From Eledone cirrhosa (taxonomy: Eukaryota), in NCBI GenBank assembly GCA_964016885.1, contig OZ024741.1, forward strand, positions 192,882,001-192,946,000: 64,000 nucleotides of DNA, in the 5' to 3' direction. The position numbers and the translations under genes are program-made. Position 1 is the stretch's first letter. Every line of letters begins with the position of its first letter. Below, piece by piece: positions 1 through 15,410 of this stretch. The notes under the pieces are model-generated. The model did not search any database, was not told where the DNA came from, and worked only from the letters and a program-made list of their open reading frames with translations.

Positions 1-45
<45 letters not shown>

Positions 46-159
46 CATATATATAATATGTATATATGTTATATATATACACATATTATATGTATATAAA
101 TATATATATGTTATATATATGTAATATATATATATATATAATATATATATATAATGTAT

Positions 160-206
<47 letters not shown>

Positions 207-240
207 TATATAGTATATATATATATATATACAATATATA
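1..240. repeat. Imperfect (TA)n microsatellite
   Basis: Near-continuous TA dinucleotides; ORFs here are artefacts. Confidence 0.95.
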
Positions 241-1015
241 TAGGGGAAAGACAGAGAAGAGTGTGTTTTTCATTACAGGAAATCGAACCACCAGCGTGAG
301 AAGAATATAAGCTCCTAGAGGCATTGGTAAAACATTAAAATTAAAAGTATGAATTGAAATGAAAAACCAACCTCACCTAAATCACAATCACAAATGTGTT
401 TTTCCCCTCTATATATTGTAGTTTATAGTGCCAAGTAAAACTATTTCCGTTGAGCTCATTTAATTACAGGATAATACGCGAGTCCTTTGCTCCGTTATTT
501 TTACTTGATATTTGCACCTTGCGCTCTCTCTGATGTTGAGCACCATAAATTGAATAGTATAGGCTGCCATGTCTAGCAGCTTGTTCTGTTCATGCCACCA
601 GTTCCTGCCCCGAGCACGCATTCCTCTTATGTCTCCACGTGCGAAGGGTGGTTTATTTTAGTTCTCTCTAGTAGTGCGGACAATATTGGCCTGCCACATG
701 CTGATGACCCACCGGGCCGTATTGGAACCCACTAAAAGGGCGAAACATGCTCCTGGTGAGTGTGTACATGTGTGATTTAGGTGAGGATGGTTTTTAATTT
801 CAATTTATACTTTTAATTTTTATGTTTTACCAATGCCTCTAGTACCTTATATTCTTCTCACGCTGGTGGTTCGAAATTCCTGTAATGAAAAACACACTCT
901 TCTGTGTCTTTCCACTCTATATATTGTATTTTAAAGTGTCCAGGTAAACTATTTCCTTTGAGCTCATTTAATTACAGGACTATACGCGATTCCTTTGCTC
1001 CGTTATTTTTACTTT
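232..1015 (+). mobile_element. ORF-less Penelope pLTR-like / retrozyme-like unit in (TA)n
   Basis: Direct repeats ~395-507 and ~903-1015; inverted copy ~232-385 of ~771-927; HHR at 695-772; (TA)n on both sides. Confidence 0.75.
695..772 (+). ncRNA. Type I hammerhead ribozyme
   Basis: Stem I CACATG/CATGTG; CTGATGA 701-707; stem II CCC/GGG plus one extra C; GAAA 742-745; stem III ACATGC/GTGTGT with G-U pairs; GUA cleavage triplet. Confidence 0.8.
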
Positions 1016-1462
1016 ATATATATATATACATATATATAATATATATACATATATATAATATATATATAATACATATATTATATATTATATATATATATGT
1101 ATATATATATATAATATATATATTTATAGATATAACTATGGCTTGGATATAAATACCCCCTCCGCCTCCGTGGTATTTTCTTCGGGGTTATAAGAGGCTT
1201 AGCTCTGTTTCTTGACCGTTGTATCACGTGACTATCTCCCCCTCCGCCTTTTGGGATTGTTTCTCACATCATATAGACGCGTTCTTGAAGCTAGTAAAAC
1301 GAGGTATCCTCTTGATAAGTCGGCAGACCTCGCAAAAACTCTATATCTTTATGATGTATTGTTTTTGTTTATGCCACGAAACTACGTAGTCGAGGAATCT
1401 AGGAGCAGTTTAGGTATGATACATTTTATTACTAATTATATCTAAATGTTTCTTCTCTCTTC

Positions 1463-1538
<76 letters not shown>

Positions 1539-2357
1539 TCATATATAATATATATATATAAAATATATATATAATGGCGGACGAACTCAGCAGAATCAAC
1601 GGCCATCTAAAAAATACTTGTTTTTATTTATTTACCTCGGAGTGAAAGGCCCCCAGTTTGTTATCACAACATCTTTCTAGGACATGGAACTCTGAAAAAA
1701 ATCCTGCGGCTTCGGAAATATCCGATGATGTTGACCAGGTCTCCTTTTCGGGTAGTGTTTTTGATGCTCCGGGAGTGGGATTGGTCGTGTGCAATATATA
1801 TGTGAGTGTGTGTGTTGTGTGTGCGTGCGTGTGTCATAATTAAATACTTGGTGGCTGATGTCTGAGACAGTGGCACACGGGCTTAAAATTCGTAGTATTT
1901 ATTATCGTCCTTAATTGTGAGTTGAAATCATAGCTGATTTTCGTTTTACTGTACTTTGGAGTTGGGTTACCTCAGTCGTAGCCCCTCCTTTAAATATTTG
2001 ATGTATTGTAGCATCTACGATGAAACGACACACACACATATATATTTATATATTATGTAGATTTTCAAGTTGTGTCAGGAGGTAACACAGTTAAATAAGA
2101 GTACTCAATACGTTGGTAGAGTATAGGCATCTTTATTATATATAGAAATGTTTACAGGACTAGAAATGTTTAATTTCGCATGAAATCATCAGGAACGTCT
2201 GATAAAGTTTGTCGAGTCTGGTTATTTATATGTGTCTCAGTTGATAGTTGAGGGGGATGGGGGAGAGGTCCTATCTAATGGAGGAAGTATCTAGTGGTGG
2301 ATGGAGAGGAGAGGAGGAAAGAGGAGAGTTCACTTGATTAATGAGGAGTGGACGAAA

Positions 2358-2411
2358 AGAGAAGAAGAAGAAGAAGAAGAAGAAGAAGAAGAAGAAGAAG
2401 AAGAAGAAGAA
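2358..2411. repeat. (GAA)n microsatellite
   Basis: Direct reading. Confidence 0.9.
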
Positions 2412-3000
2412 ACAACTGGAACACTCGTCGCTCGTCGTCGTAACCGGTGGAGTGCCTGTGTAGTAATATAATCAATACGTCCTACCTTTTGTTAAAACAG
2501 GTGACATGTTATGAATAATCACTGACACCTCTACATATATCGCACAGCAACGCGTGGCAAATAATCGCCACGATTCTTTAATTTACTTAAATATATAGTT
2601 CAATTGTATTTTATTTTCTCAGTTATTAAATATCCCGTTTAAATGAACTAAGATTATACTGTTTACGTTTATATGCCTCTATCTCCTTTACGTACGTATG
2701 TATGTATGTATGTATGTATGTGTGTATGTATGTATGCATGCATGCATGCATACATGTATGCATGTATGTATGCAAGTATGCATGTATGTACGTATTGTAT
2801 GTTTATAACCATGTATGTATGTAATCATTTATATATCATTGTCAACTATGCGAGCATACGAATCTCTGTGGCCGATTTACTTACGTCATCTGAACATGAC
2901 GCAAAACAATTGGTGACGTCATCTGGTGGTATGAACATAATAGATTTAGTTAAGTAATCTCTACTGGGGCACAGCAAAATATAAAGAAATAATCAATAAT

Positions 3001-3109
3001 TGTTTCTACTTTAGGCACAAGGCCAGCAATTATCCCAGTGCATTACTGGTACTTTATTTTATCGACCCCGTAAGGATGAAAGGCAAAGTTAACCTCGGCG
3101 GGAGGTTTC
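3001..3109 (-). mobile_element. 5'-truncated tRNA-derived SINE, family S1
   Basis: Matches the 3' half of the copy at 42940-43124; 15-bp TSD GAAATAATCAATAAT at 2986-3000 and 3110-3124. Confidence 0.85.
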
Positions 3110-3319
3110 GAAATAATCAATAATACGGGGAAATATATAAGTAAAAAATCTACTTATTTTAGCCAATCTACTTATTTTAGCCAATCTAGCTTATATCCCA
3201 CAAATGGAGATTTTGGCTTAAGTTTAATATATTTATTAATATATCTTATTCTTTCATTTGGGGTGTTTATGTATTAGAGGCAGTTAAAATTATAGATTAA
3301 TTAATATATAAATATATAG

Positions 3320-3399
3320 TCTTGTACTCTCAGTCGTTTCACGCCATGAAACCGGGATAAACACCGGCCAAATAAGCCTCGTAGCTTAAGACAGACTTT

Positions 3400-3402
<3 letters not shown>
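3320..3402 (+). mobile_element. 3' fragment of SINE family S2
   Basis: Reverse complement of ~4951-5010. Confidence 0.6.
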
Positions 3403-3444
<42 letters not shown>

Positions 3445-3450
<6 letters not shown>

Positions 3451-3927
3451 ATACTTGGGGAGCGTCATATTTGTGTAATATTGCCAGAATTAATAAATAA
3501 ATATATAAACAGACTAAATAAAGATGGCGTAGAAAATAAAATTATATATTAATAAATAAATATATAAACAGACTAAATAAAGATGGCGTATAAAATACAA
3601 TGCAATGGGATGAAACAATAGCACCACTGACGATGTTGCAGATGTGCAACGAAAGAACTTTGATAAACTATATATATGTGTTTGTGTCTATATTGTATCT
3701 GTATTATTTTTGACCGTTGGTCAGTCAATGGCAACATTGAGGACCGAATAAATTAGATTACCGATATAAAAGACACAGAAGCGAAAAGCGAAAACCAACC
3801 AAACAGTGAGTGTGTTCTGTTATTAATTCTGGCAATATTACACAAATATGACCCTCCCCAAGTATAACAATATTTGTTTCGACACACGATTTCATATCAA
3901 AAACCTCGCAAAACTAATTGATCGCCG

Positions 3928-3928
<1 letters not shown>
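3445..3928 (+). mobile_element. Solo Penelope pLTR, family P3, with 5' inverted end
   Basis: Inverted repeat 3445-3495 vs 3821-3872; HHR 3623-3664; tail encodes MTLPKYNN...; homologous to 45376-45660; (TA)n flanks. Confidence 0.75.
3623..3664 (+). ncRNA. Minimal variant hammerhead ribozyme, P3 family
   Basis: CTGACGA-T-GTTGCA gatg TGCAAC-GAAA-GAACTT; stem I ACCA/TGAT has one mismatch. Confidence 0.6.
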
Positions 3929-3966
<38 letters not shown>

Positions 3967-3972
<6 letters not shown>

Positions 3973-4463
3973 TTTTGATTCTAGGCCATGCTTCCATGTT
4001 TGGAATTCTTCTAGTTCAGCTATGAGCGTTAGATCATCTGCATATAGGAGTTCCCATGGGCAGCCGGTCTTGAACTCCTCTGTTATAGCCTGAGGGGCAA
4101 TAATAAATAGTAGGGGGCTAAGAACGGAGCCCTGATGAACACCAACTTTTATGCTAAACTCTTCACTATATTCGTTAATTCTAACCTTGCTGACTGTTTC
4201 TTTATACATGTCTTGTATAGCTCTCAAAAGCCATTCATCTACACCTAGTTTTCTAAGAGCCCACCAGATAATGGAGCGGGGGACTCTGTCAAAGGCTTTC
4301 TCCAAGTCAACAAAAGCTAAGTATAGGGGTCTACTTTTAGCTAGGTACTTCTGTAGTTGTCATACAATGAAAAGAGTGTCTGGTACTTTTACCTGACAAA
4401 CCTGAACTGCATTTCAACTAGATCAATTCGTTCTCTGATTAGTTGCACTTTTTCTGTGACCTT
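3967..4463 (-). pseudogene. RTE-clade LINE reverse transcriptase fragment
   Basis: ORF 3928-4305 has EKAFDRVPR, GVHQGSVLSPLLF and LLYADD motifs. Confidence 0.85.
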
Positions 4464-4630
4464 CTCGGAGAAAGCTTTTTAGCGATACTCCGGCCAAATT
4501 CCAACTCACTCAACAAACATTAGGAAATAAGTGATTATATTCCCAATTATGCGTTCGGGGTGCTAACTAAAAGTATTGCGTGGAAAATTGGCTGTATTAT
4601 TTCATATGAGACATATCTAATATATCTCTT

Positions 4631-4757
4631 CCCAGACAGACGTCTCGTTTCATTATAGGATTCCTACAATTTGGGTGAAATTATACCAATTTATGTAGGA
4701 GCTGGTATACCATCAATAGATATATATTCAAGTGGGCTCCTATAATTCATCAGTAGG
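4631..4757 (-). ncRNA. Type I hammerhead ribozyme with long branched stem II
   Basis: Minus strand: CCTA-CTGATGA-ATTATAGGA...TCCTATAAT-GAAAC-GAGACGTCT-GTC-TGGG; perfect 9-bp stem II; GUC triplet. Confidence 0.8.
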
Positions 4758-4950
4758 GCCCCCAATAATACTAATATTGATAATCTAACTAACATCAGCA
4801 TTTAGCGATAATCATCATCCTCTGTGCCTGAGGTATCTGTCAGGTTGCCAGTCCAGCAGTTTTAAAGAAGTGCTCAAACTGATTAAAAAAATGAGGAAGT
4901 AAATTACCGCCCCCAAAAAATATATATATATATATAGAGAGAGAAATAAA

Positions 4951-5199
4951 GTCTGTCTTAAGCTAGAAGGCTTATTTGGCCGGTGTTTATCCCGGCTGAG
5001 AGTACAAGACTTCCCATAGGACAGGACGCCATTCCATCGCAGGGTTAAAGCCCCACCTATTGCTGGTACTCACTTTCAGCTGAGTATACTGGAGCAATGT
5101 GAAATGAAGTGTTTTACTCAAGCACACAACACGCAGCCCAGGAATCGAACCAACGACATTATGAACATACGTCCCAAATCCTTACCACTAGGCCACGTG
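4951..5199 (-). mobile_element. tRNA-derived SINE, family S2
   Basis: Minus strand starts GGCACGTGGCCTAGTGGTAAGG (A box) and has GGTTCGATTCC (B box). Confidence 0.8.
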
Positions 5200-8300
<3,101 letters not shown>

Positions 8301-8422
8301 AATAATGTCACTTTGATGAATCAACGAAAGGAAAAAAAAAAGAAAACGAAATCCTTAAATATATTTTCCGTGCTCTTTACAATTTCACTCTCTCTCTCTC
8401 TCTCTCTGTATATATATATATA

Positions 8423-9287
8423 TGTACTTTTTCTCAACCTGATTAGTGCTATCGTTGCTCTGGTATACATATTGTGTGTTAGTTTTGACTACCACAATGT
8501 TCGATTTGTCAAGCTTTTTAAACTTATGTTATTACTCTAAGGACCTATCTTATCGAGTGCTTTGCTAACTCATCATTTCATATAAGTAGGCCGAATTCAC
8601 TTGCAAACCGCCAGAGATTCGATTTTACTGATTTCCAATTATATTATTCTCCTAGATTTAATAGTTAACTAATTAATTTAATTAGACAATTTCGTTGATT
8701 GGTTAATTATTAGTGTTTGTTTTATAACATCTAGTCGAGAGCTTATCATGATGTTTAGCGGGAATTTTTAAATATTTCCTTTTTCGCTAACTTTTTGAAT
8801 AACCGCCTGGGACCGGGGTTATTTCCCTTGCCGGAATTAGCACCTGATAATTATAGATTCGATTAGCAGCTTATTGCAGCAACATATAATTTATCACTTC
8901 CATCCCAGGAAGAATGATAAACCTGTTGAAAAATTGAATCCAACGTTCGGTCATCAATTGCCAGGAGCTTGCCTTACAAGTAAGTCGGATATTTGATTTT
9001 GTATTCAGAGAAACACTTTAAACGTCTATTCGTCTAATTTGTCTTAAACGTCTATTCGTCTAATTTGTCCAGGTGTACTTTTTCTCAACCTGATTAGTGC
9101 TATCGTTGCTCTGACATATATATTGTGTGTATGTTTAGCCTACCACAATGTTCGATTTGTCAAGCTTTTTAAACGTATGTTATTACTCTAAGGACCTATC
9201 TTATCGAGTGCTTTGCTAACTCATCATTTCATATAAGTAGGCCGAATTCACTTGCAAACTGCCAGAGATTCGATTTTACTGATTTCC

Positions 9288-9294
<7 letters not shown>
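8423..9294 (+). mobile_element. ORF-less unit with ~220-bp terminal direct repeats in (TA)n
   Basis: ~8423-8645 is repeated at ~9075-9294 (period ~652 bp); (TA)n on both sides. Confidence 0.65.
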
Positions 9295-9351
<57 letters not shown>

Positions 9352-9529
9352 TTTTACTTTACGTGTTCCAGCCGACTGGCTGAAGCCATGCTGAGGCACT
9401 GCTATTGTAGCTACACATTCTATTGTTGGGATCTTATTTACCAGAATTTCAAGATATTTCTCGGAAAAATCTACATCCACACCCTGTAGAAAATTTTAGA
9501 TTTTTTTTCGGGGGGGGGGGGGGGCTACT

Positions 9530-10325
9530 TATTTGGAAGCTGGAGGCCTTTGAACCCCAGGTTATTGCAATATCTGCTCCTTTCTCTAGATGTGAAGAAT
9601 GGGATTTTTGGCACTACACAGTGGCGTTCTGTTCCAGAGTTGATCCAGCTCTCAATGCCAAAGTTTGTTGCTAGTCCTTCCAAGATCTTCCATATATATA
9701 TCACTGCCCATCACTTTGTTCTAGAGAAAAGAGCTTCAATTTTTTCAGCCTCTCCCAGTTGCTCATCTCATTCATTGAGGCAATCTTCTTAGTGAAACTT
9801 CGTTGGATTGCTTCAAGTTCAGCGCTTTGTTTGACATTGTAGGACGACCACAGCTGAGGGAAATAGTCCAGTCGGCTAAGAACCGATGTCCTCCAGAACA
9901 CCAACAATGTTTCTCTGTTTCTTGCTCTAAATACTTTCAGAAACTAACCATTGCTGCCATTTTGCTTATGTGTGCATGAAACGATGTATCATTGATCATG
10001 TCAACACATAGACCCTGTATTGATTTCAACTCAAGGATTTCGATTCCTCCCGATTCAGTGAAACTTTGTTGTGGTGGCCTTGTGTTGTAACGGAGGCCTT
10101 GACATTTTCGGGCATTAAACTGCACATTGTTGTCGTCCGCCCATTTATATATGGCATGCAAATATTGTTATAAGAGAGTACCATCAGCTGGATTCCTGAT
10201 CGCCTGTGCTACTTTTGTGTCATCATCATAGCTACTGAGAGAGGTTGTCTGTACTACGGACGGCATGCCCGAGAGAGCCATAAAAATAGTGGCCTCAAGA
10301 CAGTTCCGTGAGGCACACCATTTAT
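9530..10325 (-). pseudogene. CR1-clade LINE ORF2 C-terminal half, decayed
   Basis: GVPHGTVLRPL, WADDNNVQFNARKC, SRLDY..QLWS, LEAIQRSFTK and WERLKKLKLFSLE motifs. Confidence 0.8.
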
Positions 10326-10549
10326 TATTGAGAGAGATAGAGAGATAGAGAATAATTGAGAAAGATTGAGAGAGCTTGAGAAAGATATATATATATTTAT
10401 GAGCCCTATTAATTGTTGACTGCGTGCGTCCCCTTGCATTAACTCACACGCTGGGACAGACATATACACACATACATACATACATACATACATACATACA
10501 TACATACATACATACATACATACATACATACATGATCTCTCATGTGACC

Positions 10550-11050
10550 CCAAAACTACTGAATTAGGATACCCCATGAAAAATCTGAAAGAGACTCACT
10601 CAACATACCAGAAACAGGTAATGTATGGCTATATTCCCGAAAACCTTGGGCTGATACTAACATTAACATAGATATAGCCTCTTTTGAACTCGATATCGTT
10701 ACATCACGCCACATTTTGAAAGCTATGCTTTTGCAATAAAAGAGAAGTATATAGCTACGAAGTACGTAATGACGAAAAGATCTTTGAAGCATTCAAAGCC
10801 CTATGAGGCAACCAAACAAAATGATCATGTTACATTACTGTGGATGATATTATACTTGTGACCAGCAACTACACCAAAATCTGATCAAGCTACTATATCC
10901 ATTGCGGCATGTTGTTGCTAAACACAATATAAAATATCATCAGTAGGAAAGATTTTCTAGAGTTAATTAGAGAGAATGCTCTTGTTATCGAATATACGTA
11001 CGCATATCATCACAAGAAATATTGGTGGAACATTCCCATGTCAACATCCA
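10550..11050 (+). pseudogene. Possible very old RLE-LINE endonuclease remnant
   Basis: Faint NDHVTLLW motif resembles the ENNQVKVLWD / KDHISILWN motifs of the R4 copies here; heavily frameshifted. Confidence 0.25.
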
Positions 11051-11089
11051 CCAAATGCAAACAAAAGAGAGCCGATGTAGTTCAGGATA

Positions 11090-11975
11090 GAAAAGAAATA
11101 TTATGTAATTCTATATGTACTATTTTTACAATGTAACTCCTAAAATGTAAGGGGCTACTGAGAAGGGGACAGAACATAATTCAAGGAGCGAGAAGACGGC
11201 GATTGATGTTGCTTTTGAAGTGTAGTGGTTAGAAAAGCAAGAAGCCGGAAGAGAGTTCCATAGGTTAGATGTGCAAGGGAAGAAACTATCAGAATATAAT
11301 TCGTGATTGTACTTAGGAATTTCAAACATAAATGGATGAGACATAGTTGCCAATCTGGTGCACCGTTTAAACTCCTGAAGATGAGGTAACAAAGAGGAAA
11401 ACTAATCAGAACAATTCCCTGAAAATATTTATAAAAAAGACAAACAGAAACAATATTTTGACGTTGTGATAGTGATTGCAGCTGGCATTATAAGTTAGGA
11501 CCAATAATGTTGACGATTCTTCTTTGGATTTTAATCAGACACTCGATCTAAAAGTGCATGACAGAAGCATATAGCCAGTTGTGGCAACAATACAAGGAAG
11601 AATGACAGATTTATAAAGATATAAGATATTTTCAGGCGTGAAAAGATTTCTAGTAACTTTCTGGGTAGCAGACTTAGTAATCAACATGATATAACCATTC
11701 CAACTCAAATCAGTACATGTCAGAACAAGGAGGCATATAAATTTGATCTCTCGTGGGGTATGCTCAACCATACTAATGGAAGGCCTAAGTGGTTCTCAAT
11801 CTGCGAGTAACAAGTAATAGTTTAGTCTCATAGATTAAAAGTAACAATCCATTTATTGCTCCATATAACAACAGATCGAATTCATATTCAAGATCAGCTG
11901 TGAAAAAAACCTTACCAAACATATCAGGTTTACCGTTAAGACAAGAATAAAGAGTTGTCATCAGTATAGATACCA
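11090..11975 (-). pseudogene. CR1/L2-group LINE 3' fragment
   Basis: YTDD-like motif near 11960; LYLYKSVILPC; YSDSFFPCTSNLWNSLP C-terminal motif. Confidence 0.75.
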
Positions 11976-11980
11976 ATAAT

Positions 11981-12168
11981 TGTTTCTACGTTAGGCACAA
12001 GGCCAGCAATTACCCAGTGTATTACTGGTACTTTATTTTATCGACCCCGTAAGGATGAAAGGCAAAGTCAACCTCGCCGGGATTTGAACTCAGATCGTAA
12101 AGGGACATAACTATGCTGGAAAGCATGGCGTCCGACCCTCTACCGATACTGCCAATCCACCGCCCTAA
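11981..12168 (-). mobile_element. Full-length tRNA-SINE S1
   Basis: A box GGATTGGCAGTATCGG and B box GAGTTCAAATCC; 18-bp TSD AGTATAGATACCAATAAT at 11963-11980 and 12169-12186. Confidence 0.9.
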
Positions 12169-13346
12169 AGTATAGATACCAATAATATTAGACACTCATA
12201 TCGATCCCGGTACTTTTTTCAAGCCGAATACTTATTTTAGCGATATATTCTTGTTGAACATAAATACGGTTATAAATTGCAGGACATAAATACGGACACA
12301 CAAACCATGTAATGCGATGGCATCAGCCAGATGACGTCAGGTGCCCCCATATCAGTAATTGATGTAGGCTGGTTGATTTTATGCTGGGAATTTTAGAGTG
12401 TGAATTTTTACTTTATGTTTTGTGCAATACGTCTCAGGTGAGTGGGGTAGAGAGTAGGCTTACGGATTACTTTTGCTTGAGCTCATAGATAGCATTTGTC
12501 TGGTGTAGATTTCTTTACGTTCAAGTTAAAGCAATTGGTGGTTGTTATTTTCATCGTCGTCGTTGTAGACTTTCTTATTAATTCCCGGCTTTACATTCCT
12601 CCAAAAGCTTGACATAATTTGTCTATTTTAACACACTCACGTGGTTTCACTTGTATGTGGGAAGTGCTTAGGCAATATTGCCGGTAAAAAAATAACTTCC
12701 TCTCACATGTCTCGGCGGTTCTGAACAGGGTCATGGTCGCTGCCGCTCACTTCATATGTAAGCCATTGAAAGTTACTATAAATCTATTTTAAAAGATAAG
12801 TATATTCCTCGACTTCTTTTGTTTTTTCTTCTATTTTAAGACTGTGATGCTTAATGCGTCTTTTCTTTTGTCAAAAAGCATCATACATAGATGTAGCTCT
12901 TCTTTCTGTTCCACCAAATTCAACATTGTATAGAGATATTTTCAACAGAGGCGACGTCATGGTTCGGATTAAATACGTATTTAATGAAGTAAAATTTGGC
13001 TGGAAGATATTGTTTTTTCTTCTTCGTTTAGACAGTAGGGGGGATTCTAACTGAACTAGTGTAGCGCATTAAGAAAAGAAACAGGGTGATTATGGATTCA
13101 AGTTAATGATGCTGCATAGTCGGAAGACGACACGCATAAAGTTATACTACGGCGAAAAGGAAAGGAACTATATACACACGCACGTGCGCGAACATTCATA
13201 CACACACATGTATATATATTAGCCGTCGAAACGGTTTGAGCTCAGCCGTCGGGGTCTTACTGGTTCCTATTACCCACTCTACTACCCTAAGTATTGAGTA
13301 CTTTGGTGCGTTATGGTCCACCTGGTTCCTTACCACATTTCCTTCG

Positions 13347-13420
<74 letters not shown>

Positions 13421-13421
<1 letters not shown>

Positions 13422-14234
13422 CTAGCAGCAGTACCCAGCGTTGCCTGGGTAGGTAAAATAATATCTGCTTTGATGAAAATGTGTTGATCTTAGCGACTGC
13501 TTCTCGATGACTCATCTATGGCCACACACAGGCCATGCGGGGGAGGGTGGTGTTGACCTCTATCACTGAGAAACGCGGGTGACTGACGAATGGCCGTGTT
13601 GTGGGAGGGAGTTTCGAATTTGAACGAAATGGGTTGAAAAATGTGGCAGCTAGAGCCGAAAAGGCGGAAATTTAAGCGAAAAGGTGGTATTTTTGAATAT
13701 TTAATCGGCTGACACGTCGTTCCTGAACAAACAATCCAAAATGCAAAGCCACTTTAAGACGTGAAATAATCAGATCTAGCGGAGTGTAAAATTTGAACAA
13801 AGTAGGTTGATTAATGTGGGAGCTAGAGCCGAAAAAGTGGAAATTTGAGTCTAAAAGTGGTATTTTTGAATATTTAAGCGGCTGCCACGCCGTCCCTGAA
13901 CAACAAATGCAAAATATTACAAAAGCCATTACAGGATGTGCAATGATAAGTTCTATTTTGCTATAAAATTTGAACGAAATCGGTGGCAAAATGTGGGAGC
14001 TATAGCCAAAAATCTTATTTTTCGATATCTAAAAAAAGGTGAACCCCCTATCGATTTTTATCTGCAGAATGACCCCGGAATAAAAAAAACAATACGCTGA
14101 TATATAGAAAACACTCCCCGATGACTAATCTATGAGCCTGTAAAGTTTAATGAAAACCGGTCGTAAGATGTAGGTCCCTATAGGTAATACACAGACACAC
14201 ACACACACATACTTAATTTTATATATATACAGAT
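13421..14234 (+). mobile_element. Non-autonomous Helentron/DINE-1-like element
   Basis: Starts ACTAGC...ACCCAGCGTTGCCTGGGT (hairpin); three ~175-bp internal repeats at 13617-14010; ends with a (CA)n tract then TTTTATATATATACAGAT. Confidence 0.65.
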
Positions 14235-14787
14235 ATAATATATATAAATATATATATATATATATTGAGAGAGAGAGAAAGAGAGAGAGTGAGAGTGAGA
14301 GAGAGAGAGTGAGAGAGAGAGAGAGGGGGGAGTGAGAGATATTGTAATAATCTATTTGATATTCTTGGTCCACCTGTGTCCAATGCAAAAGGAGATATCG
14401 AGAGAAAATTGCATACCTACTTCAACTATTATGCATACACACATACACATACATACATACAAACATACATACATACATACATGTATTCATACATATATAC
14501 AAATATACATACATACATATATTCATACATATATAAATGAAAGGTATAGAAAACACTGCAGCGAAAAGCGAACAGCATTCCATAATATATAAGTGACTAT
14601 AGCGTCAAAATGGGAAAAATAGTTAACGTAAGATGTGGGAAAAATAATTTAAACTCATCTCAAAGAGAATCAAGATATAAATTCATCCACAGAATTTAGT
14701 GAAATCCAGGGAAAAATCAATAGAGCCTTAATTCATGATAAAATAAACTTCAAAATACTTATCCTTCAATTTGGAAAAACTTCAAAT

Positions 14788-14866
14788 GCTCTGTATAGTC
14801 TTAAAGACTATTTCATGAAAACTTTCAGTGGAGATGGTCACGGTTGGAATTCATCATCAGCAGAGC
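14788..14866 (-). ncRNA. Type I hammerhead ribozyme (AUA triplet)
   Basis: Minus strand: GCTCTG-CTGATGA-TGAA...TTCA-T-GAAA-TAGTCT tta AGACTA-TA-CAGAGC; perfect 6-bp stem I and 7-bp stem III. Confidence 0.75.
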
Positions 14867-15363
14867 TCAACTCAATAACCAGGATTCTCATCTCGCTTAC
14901 CCTCCTCCGGGGAAACGCCTTCTCCATTCTGTCCACCGGGGCTGTGGGCGGCCAGCACGTGGGACCCGTTTGCTCATAATACAGAGAGATATGGACGGCG
15001 AGAGAGATGGAGGCGATGAGAGTGGGAGTTCGGACACATTTGTCAAACTGTAGGTTTTATGAAACGATTGTACCATAAACTAGGAGACACGTTAGGAGAA
15101 AAGTCAGAGCTATTAAACCGGTGTCCTTAAAGAACTGAGCCACCCTGTAAATACACATACACGCACACACACATATATATGTATATAAATATATATATAT
15201 ATTGTTATACGTTGGGAGGGTCATGTTGCCAATAAGAAACACACGCACCAGTTATTTCACTCCAATTAATTATAAATTAAAAATTTTTTTTTTTAAATAA
15301 AAAAAAAATTTATAAATTTCTGGTTGGTTGGTTGGTTCCACAACCGGACGGTTGTTCATATAT

Positions 15364-15410
15364 AGTCAAAGTTCTTTCGTCACGCATCCTGTGACCTCTC
15401 TTCAGTGACT
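15364..15410 (-). ncRNA. P3 variant hammerhead
   Basis: AGTCA-CTGAAGA-GAG-GTCAC...GTGAC-GAAAGAACTT-TGACT. Confidence 0.6.

Noticed and set aside
2150-2200. Minus-strand CTGATGA with a hairpin
   Set aside because: Stem I does not form; at best a decayed relic.
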